A DNA stretch of 64,000 nt, taken from positions 11,141 to 75,140 of the forward strand of contig JAKFCH010000148.1 in assembly GCA_036676765.1 (NCBI GenBank), written 5' to 3'. Shown piece by piece: positions 1 through 8,430 of this stretch (the first letter of the stretch is position 1; each line of letters begins with the position of its first letter). A model generated the notes under the pieces. It worked only from the letters and a program-made list of their open reading frames with translations. It was not told where the DNA came from and searched no databases. The translations under genes were made by a program, and so were the position numbers. Source of the stretch: Deltaproteobacteria bacterium. GTDB lineage: Bacteria; Myxococcota_A; UBA796; SXON01.

Positions 1-2
1 TG

Positions 3-326
3 GCCGACCTGAACCGGCACTACGGGGACGACGCGAGCCTCCCGCCGGAGCGGGTCGCCACCCTCGACACGTTCCTCCGGGCCAACGCGGGCGACACCGT
101 CGGGATCCGCCGCACCGCGCGCATCTCCGCGTCGTCCACGCCCGATCGGATCACCACCCTCGACTGGTTCGTGAACGAGCACGACGAGCTCCCCCCGAGC
201 TTCGTCACCGGGAACCCCGAGGTGCGGTCCTTCGCGAATTGCGCGGCGTGCCACCCCTCGGCCGCGACCGGGCGGTTCTCGGAACACGACATCCGGATCC
301 CCGGGCGCCGGTGGTCAGATGACTGA
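3..326 (+). CDS. dihaem cytochrome c family protein, C-terminal part (5' end outside window)
   Basis: Frame 3 is open from the window edge to TGA at 324-326. The translation ...TLDWFVNEHDELPPSFVTGNPEVRSFANCAACHPSAATGRFSEHDIRIPGRRW has a CxxCH haem-c site (CAACH) in a DHC-family-like context, with strong GC3 bias. It is absent from the ORF track because it has no start in the window. Confidence 0.55.
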   Translation, partial: ADLNRHYGDDASLPPERVATLDTFLRANAGDTVGIRRTARISASSTPDRITTLDWFVNEHDELPPSFVTGNPEVRSFANCAACHPSAATGRFSEHDIRIPGRRWSDD

Positions 327-1622
327 CCGCACCGTGAACACCACGCGGCAGCCGTCGGCGGCCTCGATGCGGCAGTCCCCGCCGTGCCGGCGAGCGACCT
401 CGCGCGCGAGCGGGAGGCCGAGTCCGAGGCCCTCCCGGTCCCGACGTCGCGCCTCGCCGCCGCGATGCAGGCGGTCGAACACCGCCTCGCGCGTGTCGTC
501 GCTCACCCCCGGCCCCCCGTCCTCCACCGTGAACGTCCAGAGCGGGTCCGCGCGCCGCACCGTGAGCCGCACCGGGGTGCCGCCGGCGTGGACGGCGGCG
601 TTGCGGAGCAGGTTGGCGAGCGCGACCTCGACGAGCGCGCGGTGGACGGAGACCGGGCCGTCGGCGACCACCTCCACGGTGAGCGTCGAGCCGGCGCGGG
701 CGAGCGTCTCGGCCTCGCTGGCGGCCGCGGCCTGGACGAGCGCGGAGGCGGCGACGAGCTCCCGGGGCGGCGCGGTGTCGGCGTCCACCCGCGCGAGGGC
801 AACGAGCCCTTCGACCAGCGCCCGGAGCCGCTCGACCTCCTCGCGGGTCGAGAGCAGCACGCCCCGGTACTCCGCCGCGGACCGCTCGCGACGCAGCGCC
901 ACGTCGAGCTCGCCGAGCATCACCGTGACGGGCGTGCGGAGTTCGTGGGCGGCCTCGTCGGAGAACCGCAGCTGGGCGCGGTGCGCGGTGTCGAGGCGGT
1001 CGAGGATCGCGTTGATGGAGCGCAGGAAGTCGCTGACCTCCCGGGGCCCGGTCTCGGTGAGCCGGGCGCCCTGGGCGAGGTCGGTCACCCTGTCGGCCTC
1101 CCGGCGCGCGCGGTCGACCGGTCGGAACGCGCGCCGCACGAACAGGAGCTGGACGACGGCCGCGGCCGCCGCGGCGAGCGCGCCGACCCCCACGTACGCG
1201 GCGGCGAACGGCCCGGTGCTCTCGGCGAGCGTGACCCGCGGTCCCGACGCGGCCACGACGACGTGGTGGTCCTCGTCGTCCTCCTCCTCCTCCATCTCGG
1301 CGGCGAGGAGCACGACGCGGGAGCCTCCCTCGTCGAAGAACAGGGGTCGGTCGGCGTCGGCCGCCGCCCGCACGAGGGCGGCGGGCACCCGGGGGTCACC
1401 GGGGGTGGCGAGCCAGGCCTCCACGGGGGACGAGACGTGCTCGACCTCCCAGTCGGGCGCGCGGCCGGTGTACGCATGCGCCGCGGCGAGCAGCGCCTGG
1501 TCGAGCGCGTCGTGCGCGCGGGAGTGGAGGACGGCCGCGGTGCCGAGCCCCGTGAGCGTCAGGGCCGCCACGACGACTCCGGCCCCGGTCGCGGCCACCC
1601 GGACGGCGAGCGAGCCGCTCAC
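315..1622 (-). CDS. sensor histidine kinase (two TM segments, HAMP, HisKA, HATPase_c)
   Basis: C-terminal part of ORF 315..2093. It has an H-box (SDEAAHELRTPVT), an N-box (LLRNAAVHA) and G-boxes (DGGPGV, GLGLGLPLA). The likely GTG start at 1622 overlaps the regulator stop as GTGA. The N-terminus VSGSLAVRVAATGAGVVVAALTL is TM-like. Confidence 0.85.
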   Translation of the reverse strand: MSGSLAVRVAATGAGVVVAALTLTGLGTAAVLHSRAHDALDQALLAAAHAYTGRAPDWEVEHVSSPVEAWLATPGDPRVPAALVRAAADADRPLFFDEGGSRVVLLAAEMEEEEDDEDHHVVVAASGPRVTLAESTGPFAAAYVGVGALAAAAAAVVQLLFVRRAFRPVDRARREADRVTDLAQGARLTETGPREVSDFLRSINAILDRLDTAHRAQLRFSDEAAHELRTPVTVMLGELDVALRRERSAAEYRGVLLSTREEVERLRALVEGLVALARVDADTAPPRELVAASALVQAAAASEAETLARAGSTLTVEVVADGPVSVHRALVEVALANLLRNAAVHAGGTPVRLTVRRADPLWTFTVEDGGPGVSDDTREAVFDRLHRGGEARRRDREGLGLGLPLAREVARRHGGDCRIEAADGCRVVFTVRSVI

Positions 1623-2287
1623 CGCGTGTCGTCCAGCACGTACCCCACCCCCCGGACGGTGTGGATGAGCGGACGCGCTTGCCCACGGTCGATCTTGGCG
1701 CGGAGCGCGCCGATGGCCACGTCCACCACATTGGTCCCCGGATCGTGCGTGATGTCCCACACCTTCTCCAGGAGCCGCGTGCGGCTCATCACCCGCCCCC
1801 TCTGCTCCGCGAGCACCCGCACCAGCGCGAACTCCTTCGGGGTCAGCGCCAGCTCCTCCCCGCCGCGCCACGCCCGATGACCCGCCAGATCCAGCTCCAG
1901 ATCCCCCACCCTCAGGCGCTCCTCGGCGCCGCCCCGCCGCATCACGGCGGCGATCCGGGCGAGCAGCTCCTCGAAGGCGAAGGGCTTGACGAGGTAGTCG
2001 TCCGCCCCCTCCCGCAGGCCCGCCACGCGCTCCTCGAGCCGGTCCCGCGCCGTCAGACAGATCACCGCCACCCGCGCGTCCTTCCGTCGGCATTCCCGCA
2101 CCAGCGAGAGGCCGTCCCCGTCGGGGAGCATGCGGTCGACCAGGAGCAGGTCGGGCATGTCGTCCCGGAGCAGCGCCCGGGCCCCCTCCAGGTCGGGCGC
2201 GGAGAGCACGTGGTGGCCCTCCTCCTCCAGCCCGCGCCGAAGGAAGCCCGCGATCTTGACCTCGTCCTCGACCACCAGGATGCGCAT
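1619..2287 (-). CDS. OmpR/PhoB-family response regulator
   Basis: Real 222-aa part of ORF 1619..3535, starting MRILVVEDEVKIAGFLRRGLEEEGH. It has a receiver Asp (LLLVDRMLPDGDG), KPF, and a winged-helix C-terminus (LTPKEFALVRVLAEQRGRVMSR...IHTVRGVGYVL). Confidence 0.9.
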   Translation of the reverse strand: MRILVVEDEVKIAGFLRRGLEEEGHHVLSAPDLEGARALLRDDMPDLLLVDRMLPDGDGLSLVRECRRKDARVAVICLTARDRLEERVAGLREGADDYLVKPFAFEELLARIAAVMRRGGAEERLRVGDLELDLAGHRAWRGGEELALTPKEFALVRVLAEQRGRVMSRTRLLEKVWDITHDPGTNVVDVAIGALRAKIDRGQARPLIHTVRGVGYVLDDTR

Positions 2288-2345
2288 GCCGATCGAAACG
2301 TCACACGCCCGGGCGGGCGCGGCCCGTCGACCCTGGCCGTTCTCC

Positions 2346-2374
2346 TTGACGTGAAGCAAGTGCTTACTTACATC
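2346..2374 (+). promoter_or_regulatory. candidate sigma70-type promoter of the devBCA-like operon
   Basis: TTGACG (2346-2351), a 17-nt spacer, then TACATC (2369-2374), 25 nt upstream of the ATG at 2399. It sits in a locally AT-richer stretch of the divergent intergenic region. Pattern match only. Confidence 0.25.
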
Positions 2375-2398
2375 ACCGCCAGCACGAGAGCTCGATCG

Positions 2399-3526
2399 AT
2401 GGCCACGCCCCTCGCCCGGTACCTGCCCTATGTCCTCGTCCCCGTCGGCGTCGTGGCGGCCATCGCCGTCGCCCGCGCTTGGCCCGTCGAGGCGTCCGCC
2501 CAGCGGGTCGAGCGCGCGGACGTGGTCGCCGAGGTGCTCGGCGTGGGGGTGCTGGAGAGCGCGCGGGAGGTCCGGGTGTCCTTCGAGGCGTCGGGGCGGG
2601 TCCTCACGCTCCCGGTTGATGAAGGGGCGGTCGTGGCGGAAGGCGACGTGCTCGGCACCATCGACGCCTCCGACGCGGCCCGCGAGCTCGCGGTCGCCGC
2701 CGCCGCCGAGGAGGCCGCCGGCGCCGCGGTGAGCCGGGCCCGCGCGGAATTGGAGCGCGCCCAGGTGGCGTCCACCCGCGCGAGTGCGGAGCGTGGCCGC
2801 GCGGACACGCTCGTCGCGGCCGGCGTCATCCACGCGTCGGATCACGAGGCCGCGATCGAGCGCGACGCGGGCGCGATGGCCGAGCTGGGCGCGCGGGAGG
2901 CGGCGTTGATCCAGGCCGAGCGCAACCACGAGGTCGCGGCGAAGACGCGCGGCATCCGCGCCGCGCAGGTGGCCGACGGCAGGCTGCTGAGCCCGCTGTC
3001 CGGGCTCGTCGTCTCCCGGAGCGTGGAGGCGGGCCAGCTCGTCACGCCGGGCATGCCGGCGTTCACCATCGTGTCCACCGAGGCGATGCGGGTGAGCGCC
3101 TGGGTGGACGAGACGGCGCTGGGGCGGCTTGCCGTCGGTCAGCCGGCGCGGCTGGTGTTCCGCTCGGAGGGGGAGCGCAGCTTCACCGGGAGGGTCGAAC
3201 GCATCGGCCGCGAGGTCGACCGGCAGACGCACGAGCTCCTCGTGGACGTCGCCGTCGTGGAGCTCCCGGCCAACTTCGCGGTCGGCCAACGCGCCGACGC
3301 CTGGATCGAGGTCGGTCGGCGCGAGGACGTGACCAGCGTGCCGCGCGGGTGGTGTGACACCGAGTGCGCGGTGGTCGACGACGGGCGGGTGGCGTCCCGC
3401 GCGGTGAGCCTCGGCCTCACCGGTCGGGACCGGGTCGAGGTGCTGAGCGGCCTCGCGCCGGAGGACGTGGTCCTGGCGCCCGGGGCGCTCGTCGGTAGGC
3501 GGGTGCGCGCGGTGGAGGAGCGATGA
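2399..3526 (+). CDS. HlyD/DevB-type membrane fusion (periplasmic adaptor) protein
   Basis: Real part of ORF 1661..3526 from MATPLARYLPYVLVPVGVVAAIAV (TM anchor). It has lipoyl-like hairpins (GAVVAEGDVLGTID, SGLVVSRSVEAGQLVTPG), an Ala/Glu-rich coiled coil and a beta-barrel C-terminus. Confidence 0.85.
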   Translation: MATPLARYLPYVLVPVGVVAAIAVARAWPVEASAQRVERADVVAEVLGVGVLESAREVRVSFEASGRVLTLPVDEGAVVAEGDVLGTIDASDAARELAVAAAAEEAAGAAVSRARAELERAQVASTRASAERGRADTLVAAGVIHASDHEAAIERDAGAMAELGAREAALIQAERNHEVAAKTRGIRAAQVADGRLLSPLSGLVVSRSVEAGQLVTPGMPAFTIVSTEAMRVSAWVDETALGRLAVGQPARLVFRSEGERSFTGRVERIGREVDRQTHELLVDVAVVELPANFAVGQRADAWIEVGRREDVTSVPRGWCDTECAVVDDGRVASRAVSLGLTGRDRVEVLSGLAPEDVVLAPGALVGRRVRAVEER

Positions 3527-4647
3527 ACCTCGCATGGAAGGACATCCGCCGGCAGGGGCTGCGCTTCGTCCTGACCGGGCTCGGGCTCGGCATGCTCTTC
3601 GCGATCGTGCTCGCGATGGGGGGCATCTACCGGGGCATGGTCGCGGACGCGACGATGCTCATCGACGCGGTGGGGGCCGACCTCTGGGTCGTGCAGCGCG
3701 ACACCCGCGGCCCGTTCGCGGAGCGCTCCACCGTCCCGCGCACGTTGGAGGACCGGCTCCGCGTGGTGGACGGGGTCGCCACGGCCGAGACGTTCACCTA
3801 CGCCACCATCCAGCGCGGTGACCTCGCGGATCCCGTGCGCATCGGGCTCGTCGGCCTCTCGTGGCCGGCGAACCGGGGCCAGGACATCCCCCTCGTCTCC
3901 GGCCGCGCGCTCGGGGAGGCCCATCGCGAGATGATCGTGGACCGCTCGCTCGGGCTCGACGTGGGCGCGCGCCTCCCGCTCGGGGAGGAGGTCTACGAGG
4001 TGGTCGGCGTCACGACGGGGTTCGTGTCCTCGGGCGGAGACGCGCTCGCGTTCGTGACCGAGCGCGACGCCGACGCGATCCTCGGGTGGATGGCCCCCGA
4101 GTCCCGCCGCCTCGCGAACGGCGCCCGCGCCGAGGTGCTGCCGAGCGCCGTCGTCGTGAAGCTCCTGCCGGGCGTCCGGCCGGAGGACGTGCAGGCGCGC
4201 CTCGGCGACTGGTCCGACGTGACGGTGTGGACGGGCGCCGAGCAGGGCGACCTCCTCCTGCGCGGGGTCATCGACAAGGCCCGCAAGCAGATCGGGCTCT
4301 TCCGCGTGCTCCTGTCGGTGGTCTCCGCCATCATCGTCGGCTTGATCCTCTACAACATGACCGTCGCCAAGAGCCACGAGATCGCGCTCGTCAAGCTGCT
4401 CGGAGGCCGCACCCGCGTGATCGTCGGCATGATCCTCCAACAGGCCCTGCTGCTCGGGGCGATCGGCTACGCGATGGCCGTCGCAATCGGAAGCGTGGCG
4501 TTCGCGCACTTCCCGCGTCGCGTCGTCGTCACGCCGACAGAGCTCGGCGGCCTCGCGCTGCTCGTCGTCGTCATCAGCGTCCTGGCGAGCATCGCGGGGA
4601 TCGTGCGCGCGCTCCGCATCCCCCCAACCCTCGTCCTGGCGGGCTGA
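3523..4647 (+). CDS. ABC exporter permease, DevC/FtsX-like
   Basis: ORF 3523..4647. MNLAWKDIRRQGLRFVLTGLGLGMLFAIV, a large periplasmic loop, and C-terminal FtsX-type TM helices (LFRVLLSVVSAIIVGLILYNM...). ATGA overlap with the upstream adaptor gene. Confidence 0.85.
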   Translation: MNLAWKDIRRQGLRFVLTGLGLGMLFAIVLAMGGIYRGMVADATMLIDAVGADLWVVQRDTRGPFAERSTVPRTLEDRLRVVDGVATAETFTYATIQRGDLADPVRIGLVGLSWPANRGQDIPLVSGRALGEAHREMIVDRSLGLDVGARLPLGEEVYEVVGVTTGFVSSGGDALAFVTERDADAILGWMAPESRRLANGARAEVLPSAVVVKLLPGVRPEDVQARLGDWSDVTVWTGAEQGDLLLRGVIDKARKQIGLFRVLLSVVSAIIVGLILYNMTVAKSHEIALVKLLGGRTRVIVGMILQQALLLGAIGYAMAVAIGSVAFAHFPRRVVVTPTELGGLALLVVVISVLASIAGIVRALRIPPTLVLAG

Positions 4648-4648
4648 G

Positions 4649-5374
4649 ATGAGCGAAACCGTCATCCGCGCCGACACGCTCCGCAAGGTCTACGGGCAGG
4701 GCGAGACCGAGCTCGTGGCCCTCCGCGACGTGTCGATCGCCATCGCACGGGGCGAGGTCGCCGCGCTCCTGGGGCCGAGCGGCTCGGGCAAGTCGACGTT
4801 GCTCACCGCCCTGGGGCTGCTCAACCTCCCCGAGCGCGGGCGGATCTGGCTGGCCGACCGGCCCGTCGTCGCCGAGGGGGCCGCGCTGGTGGACCTGTCC
4901 GCGGTGCGGCGGTCCACCATCGGCTTCGTGTTCCAGAAGGCCAACCTGATCCCCTTCCTCACCGCGCGGGAGAACGTCCTCCTCGCGCTCCAGCTCAACG
5001 ATCGCGTCGGGCGAGCGGCGGACGCCCGTGCCCTCGAGCTCCTCGCGTACCTGGGCCTCGCCGACCGCGCCGACCACCACCCGGACCAGCTCTCGGGTGG
5101 CCAGCAGCAGCGCGTCGCCATCGCCCGTGCCCTCGCGAACCGGCCGCCGCTGATCCTCGCGGACGAGCCCACCGCCGCGCTCGACAGCCACCGCGGGCGC
5201 GACGTGATGGAGCTGTTCAAGCGGATCGCGCACGAGCAGGGCGCCGCGGTCGTCGTCGTGACGCACGATCATCGCACCCTCGACGTGTTCGACACGGTCC
5301 ACGAGATGGAGGATGGGGTGCTGACACGCCGCCCCGCCCCTGCCCTCGCCCACTCCCCGGAGGCCTCGCCATGA
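4649..5374 (+). CDS. ABC exporter ATP-binding protein, DevA-like
   Basis: Walker [10 protein letters not shown], signature [15 protein letters not shown], Walker [13 protein letters not shown], and a DevA-like tail [25 protein letters not shown]. Confidence 0.9.
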   Translation: MSETVIRADTLRKVYGQGETELVALRDVSIAIARGEVAALLGPSGSGKSTLLTALGLLNLPERGRIWLADRPVVAEGAALVDLSAVRRSTIGFVFQKANLIPFLTARENVLLALQLNDRVGRAADARALELLAYLGLADRADHHPDQLSGGQQQRVAIARALANRPPLILADEPTAALDSHRGRDVMELFKRIAHEQGAAVVVVTHDHRTLDVFDTVHEMEDGVLTRRPAPALAHSPEASP

Positions 5375-5946
5375 CCGCCCGCCAACCCACCGAGACACGA
5401 CGGCGACAGATCGCGGACGCGGCGCTGAAGGTCATCGCCGAGCAGGGCCTCGGGCGGTTCACCACCCAGGCGATCGCCGCCGAGGTCGGGATCACCGACG
5501 GCACCCTCTTCCGCCACTTCGCGAACAAGGAGGAGATCGTGCTCGCGGCCCTGGATCGGGTGGAGGAGCGGATCTTCGAGGGCTTCCCCCCCGAGGATCC
5601 GGATCCGCTCGTCCGGCTGGAGCGCTTCTTCCGGTTCCGCGCGGCGCTCGTCGGCGCGAACCCCGTGATCGCGCGCCTCGCGTTCTCGGAGGAGCTCCCC
5701 CACGCCGCCGGCGCGCGGGGAGCGGCACAGGTGAAACGTTGGAAGGACCGGTCGCTCGACTTCGTGGTCGCCTGCGTGGAGGAGGCCGCGGAGCAAGGCC
5801 GGATCCCCCAGGGGCTCCCGGCGCGCGAGATCGGCGTGATGATTCTCGGCAGCCTGATCGCGCTGGTGCGGTTCGGCGAGCTCGCGTCGGGCGCGGCCAC
5901 GGTGGACCGCGCCTGGTTTGTCATTCAGCGCCTCGTAGGGAGGTAA
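5371..5946 (+). CDS. TetR-family transcriptional regulator
   Basis: N-terminal HTH: RRRQIADAALKVIAEQGLGRFTTQAIAAEVGITDGTLFRHFANKEEIV. ATGA overlap with the ATPase gene. Confidence 0.85.
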   Translation: MTARQPTETRRRQIADAALKVIAEQGLGRFTTQAIAAEVGITDGTLFRHFANKEEIVLAALDRVEERIFEGFPPEDPDPLVRLERFFRFRAALVGANPVIARLAFSEELPHAAGARGAAQVKRWKDRSLDFVVACVEEAAEQGRIPQGLPAREIGVMILGSLIALVRFGELASGAATVDRAWFVIQRLVGR

Positions 5947-5949
5947 TTC

Positions 5950-6483
5950 ATGGGAGAAATAATGTCGTCCAGTCGGTACATCCTCGCTGCCCTCGTCCTC
6001 GCCGCGGTCTTCGGCGGGGGCATCGCCCTCGGGATCTTCCACGCCAACGAGGACGGCGCGGGCCCCTCGGGTGGTCACGCCTCGCACGCGCCCGCGGTCC
6101 ACGCCCATCCGGCGGCGTCCGAGCCCGCGGGCCCGCCGCCCGACAACCCCATCCGCGACGAGATGATCGCCTTGCAAGCGGCCTACGACACCCTCAACCG
6201 CGGCGTGATCCTCGGGGACGCGAGCGGTGTCGCCGAGGCGTTCCACCAGGTCCACGCCCGGAAGCAGGCCACCGCCGCCGCGATCGCCGCGGGGACGACG
6301 CGGCCGCCGAAGAACGCGGATCGGATCGAGGCGTTCGTGGCCCGCGACGAGGCGTTCCACGGGCTCCTCGAGACCACGGTGGAGGCGGCCGGGCGGGACG
6401 ACCTCGCGACGCTCCAGCGGATGACCACCGAGCTTCGGGACGGGTGCATCGGCTGTCACCAGGAGTTTCGCGGGGAGAAGTGA
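5950..6483 (+). CDS. membrane-anchored cytochrome c'-like (class II, C-terminal CxxCH) protein
   Basis: N-terminal TM (YILAALVLAAVFGGGIALGIF), a helical body, and a single haem-c motif CIGCH 9 residues from the C-terminus, which is the position typical of four-helix-bundle class II cytochromes c. It starts 4 nt after the TetR stop. Confidence 0.55.
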   Translation: MGEIMSSSRYILAALVLAAVFGGGIALGIFHANEDGAGPSGGHASHAPAVHAHPAASEPAGPPPDNPIRDEMIALQAAYDTLNRGVILGDASGVAEAFHQVHARKQATAAAIAAGTTRPPKNADRIEAFVARDEAFHGLLETTVEAAGRDDLATLQRMTTELRDGCIGCHQEFRGEK

Positions 6484-6501
6484 GGCGCCTCGGGGCCCCA
6501 C

Positions 6502-8289
6502 TCACTTCGCGGACACGATCGGGCCCGCGCTCACGACGGGGAGGGAATTCACCAGGTCGAGCGTGAGCTGCCGCTCCATCTGGCCGGCCAGCTCCTCGTC
6601 CAGGCACACGAGGGCGGCCTCGTGGTTCTTGTTGCCGGATTGCGCGTCCAGGTTGAAGCTGCCGACCACCACGGCGGTGCGGTCGAAGTACGCCTGCTTG
6701 GCGTGCATGTAGTTGAAGTACGTCCAGGCGCGGAGGTTGGTCGTCTGGATGTCCAACAGGTACTCGCGGTTCCCCTTGGCCCCAGATCGCGAGCTCCGCT
6801 GCTTCAGCTCCTCGTAGATCTTGGCGTTGTTGACGTGGCCCGTCGCGCGGGCCGCCTCCATGCTCGCGTGGAGCCACCGGTCGCTCTCCCCCTTCCCGCC
6901 GGCGAGGCCGTTCGAGATCACCTCCACCTCGACGCCCGCGGCCGCCCGCGCCCGCAGCGCCCGGACCAGCACGTCGAGCACCCCGGTCCCGTCGAGCTCG
7001 AAGCGGACCGTCGGGGAGCTGACGACGATCAGGTGGCGGGAGGCCTCGGTGTACCGGGTGAGCATCGTCGCGATGCTGGTTTCACCCGGCGTCTGGACCA
7101 CCACCCGGCAGGCGCCCCCCATGCGGGTGTCGGCTCCGCCGAGCCGACGCGCGTACTCCGACGCTCCCCGGAGCCCGGCGGCCGCCTCCTCCGCGACCCG
7201 AGCGTCGATCCACGGCTGGTAGAGCGGCCCGATGTCGCGGCGGGTCAGGTGGGCGTGCGAGTCCCAGAGGGCGATGTACGCCCGAGTGAGCTCGGTGACG
7301 GTGGGCCCTGACCGGACGAGCACGTCGTCGTCGCGATTGTGACCGGCGAACCCCGTGGACAGGTTCTGCACGTCCATCACGTTCTGCCCGCCGACGATCG
7401 CCTCGGTGCCGTCCTTGATCCAGAACTTGTTGTGCATGAAGCCCGCGAAGCCCTTGGAGGGGACCAGCTGGTCCGCGACCAGCAGCACGGGGATCCCCGC
7501 CCGACGCATGCGGCGCAGGCACCGGACGTTCAGCGTGTTCGCGTAGAGGCTCTCGAGGATGACCCGGACATCCACGCCCTCGGCGTGGCGGGCCACCAGC
7601 TCGTCGACGATGGCGGAGCCGCTGTCGTCGCACGTCAGCGCCATCACGGCGACGAACATGAATTCCTTGGCCTCCCGTGCCATGCGCACCTTCTCGACCC
7701 AGCCGTCCCCGTTCGCGAGCAGCTCCACGTCGTTGCCGAAGGTGAGCACGCTGTCGGTCTCCTCGTCGAGCTTCTCCTGGAACGTGGGGTCGAACCACGC
7801 GGCATCGGATCGGACGTGCGGTTCCGGCGTGAAGGCGCGGACATACGTGTCGAGGGGGAGGTCCAGGTCCTTGATCGGCGGATGGAACAGGGTGTTCCAG
7901 GCCTTCAGGTAGATGTAGGGCCGCTCGCCCAATTGGGTGGCCTCGTCGAAGCGGGTGCGTGCGTGGAAATCCCATGTGGCATCGAGGAGATCCTCTTTGC
8001 CACCGACGAGCGCGGGCACGTGCGTGGTGAACAGGTCCTGCACGGTTTCGTCGGGGACCTGCCCGATGACAGAGAAATCCTCGGTGAGGCTGGAATCGTC
8101 CGTGGCGGTCCGACGGAAGATGAGGTTCTCGATCGGGGGGCGCGACGGAGAGGGGCGAACGACGCCGTCCGTGGCGTCGGCGTAGTAGGCGTCGACCTCT
8201 GCGAGCGTGTAGAGGCGCTGCTCGCCGAACGCGGGCTCCTCGTAGCGATGGGGTCCGAAACATCCGCCGAGCAGCAGGAGGACGAGCAT
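6502..8289 (-). CDS. phospholipase D / cardiolipin-synthase-like lipoprotein (two HKD motifs)
   Basis: Lipobox MLVLLLLGGC. HKD motifs FMHNKFWIKDGTEAIVGGQN and YMHAKQAYFDRTAVVVGSFNLD. Confidence 0.85.
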   Translation of the reverse strand: MLVLLLLGGCFGPHRYEEPAFGEQRLYTLAEVDAYYADATDGVVRPSPSRPPIENLIFRRTATDDSSLTEDFSVIGQVPDETVQDLFTTHVPALVGGKEDLLDATWDFHARTRFDEATQLGERPYIYLKAWNTLFHPPIKDLDLPLDTYVRAFTPEPHVRSDAAWFDPTFQEKLDEETDSVLTFGNDVELLANGDGWVEKVRMAREAKEFMFVAVMALTCDDSGSAIVDELVARHAEGVDVRVILESLYANTLNVRCLRRMRRAGIPVLLVADQLVPSKGFAGFMHNKFWIKDGTEAIVGGQNVMDVQNLSTGFAGHNRDDDVLVRSGPTVTELTRAYIALWDSHAHLTRRDIGPLYQPWIDARVAEEAAAGLRGASEYARRLGGADTRMGGACRVVVQTPGETSIATMLTRYTEASRHLIVVSSPTVRFELDGTGVLDVLVRALRARAAAGVEVEVISNGLAGGKGESDRWLHASMEAARATGHVNNAKIYEELKQRSSRSGAKGNREYLLDIQTTNLRAWTYFNYMHAKQAYFDRTAVVVGSFNLDAQSGNKNHEAALVCLDEELAGQMERQLTLDLVNSLPVVSAGPIVSAK

Positions 8290-8406
8290 TGTTCTCGCGG
8301 GTTGGGTCTACCTTGCGGTAACGACCCTGCCTCGTCCGCAAGCCTCCGCGCGCTGCTGCTTGTCGAAACGCGACCGGGAACCAATCTTGGTGACGTTTCT
8401 ACACAG

Positions 8407-8430
8407 GGGCGCGCGGCCCGACCCGCGCCC
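8407..8430 (-). terminator. candidate hairpin just 3' of the MopE-repeat gene
   Basis: GGGCGCG (8407-8413) and CGCGCCC (8424-8430) form a 7-bp GC stem with a 10-nt loop abutting the stop codon at 8430-8432. No U-tract follows. Confidence 0.2.
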
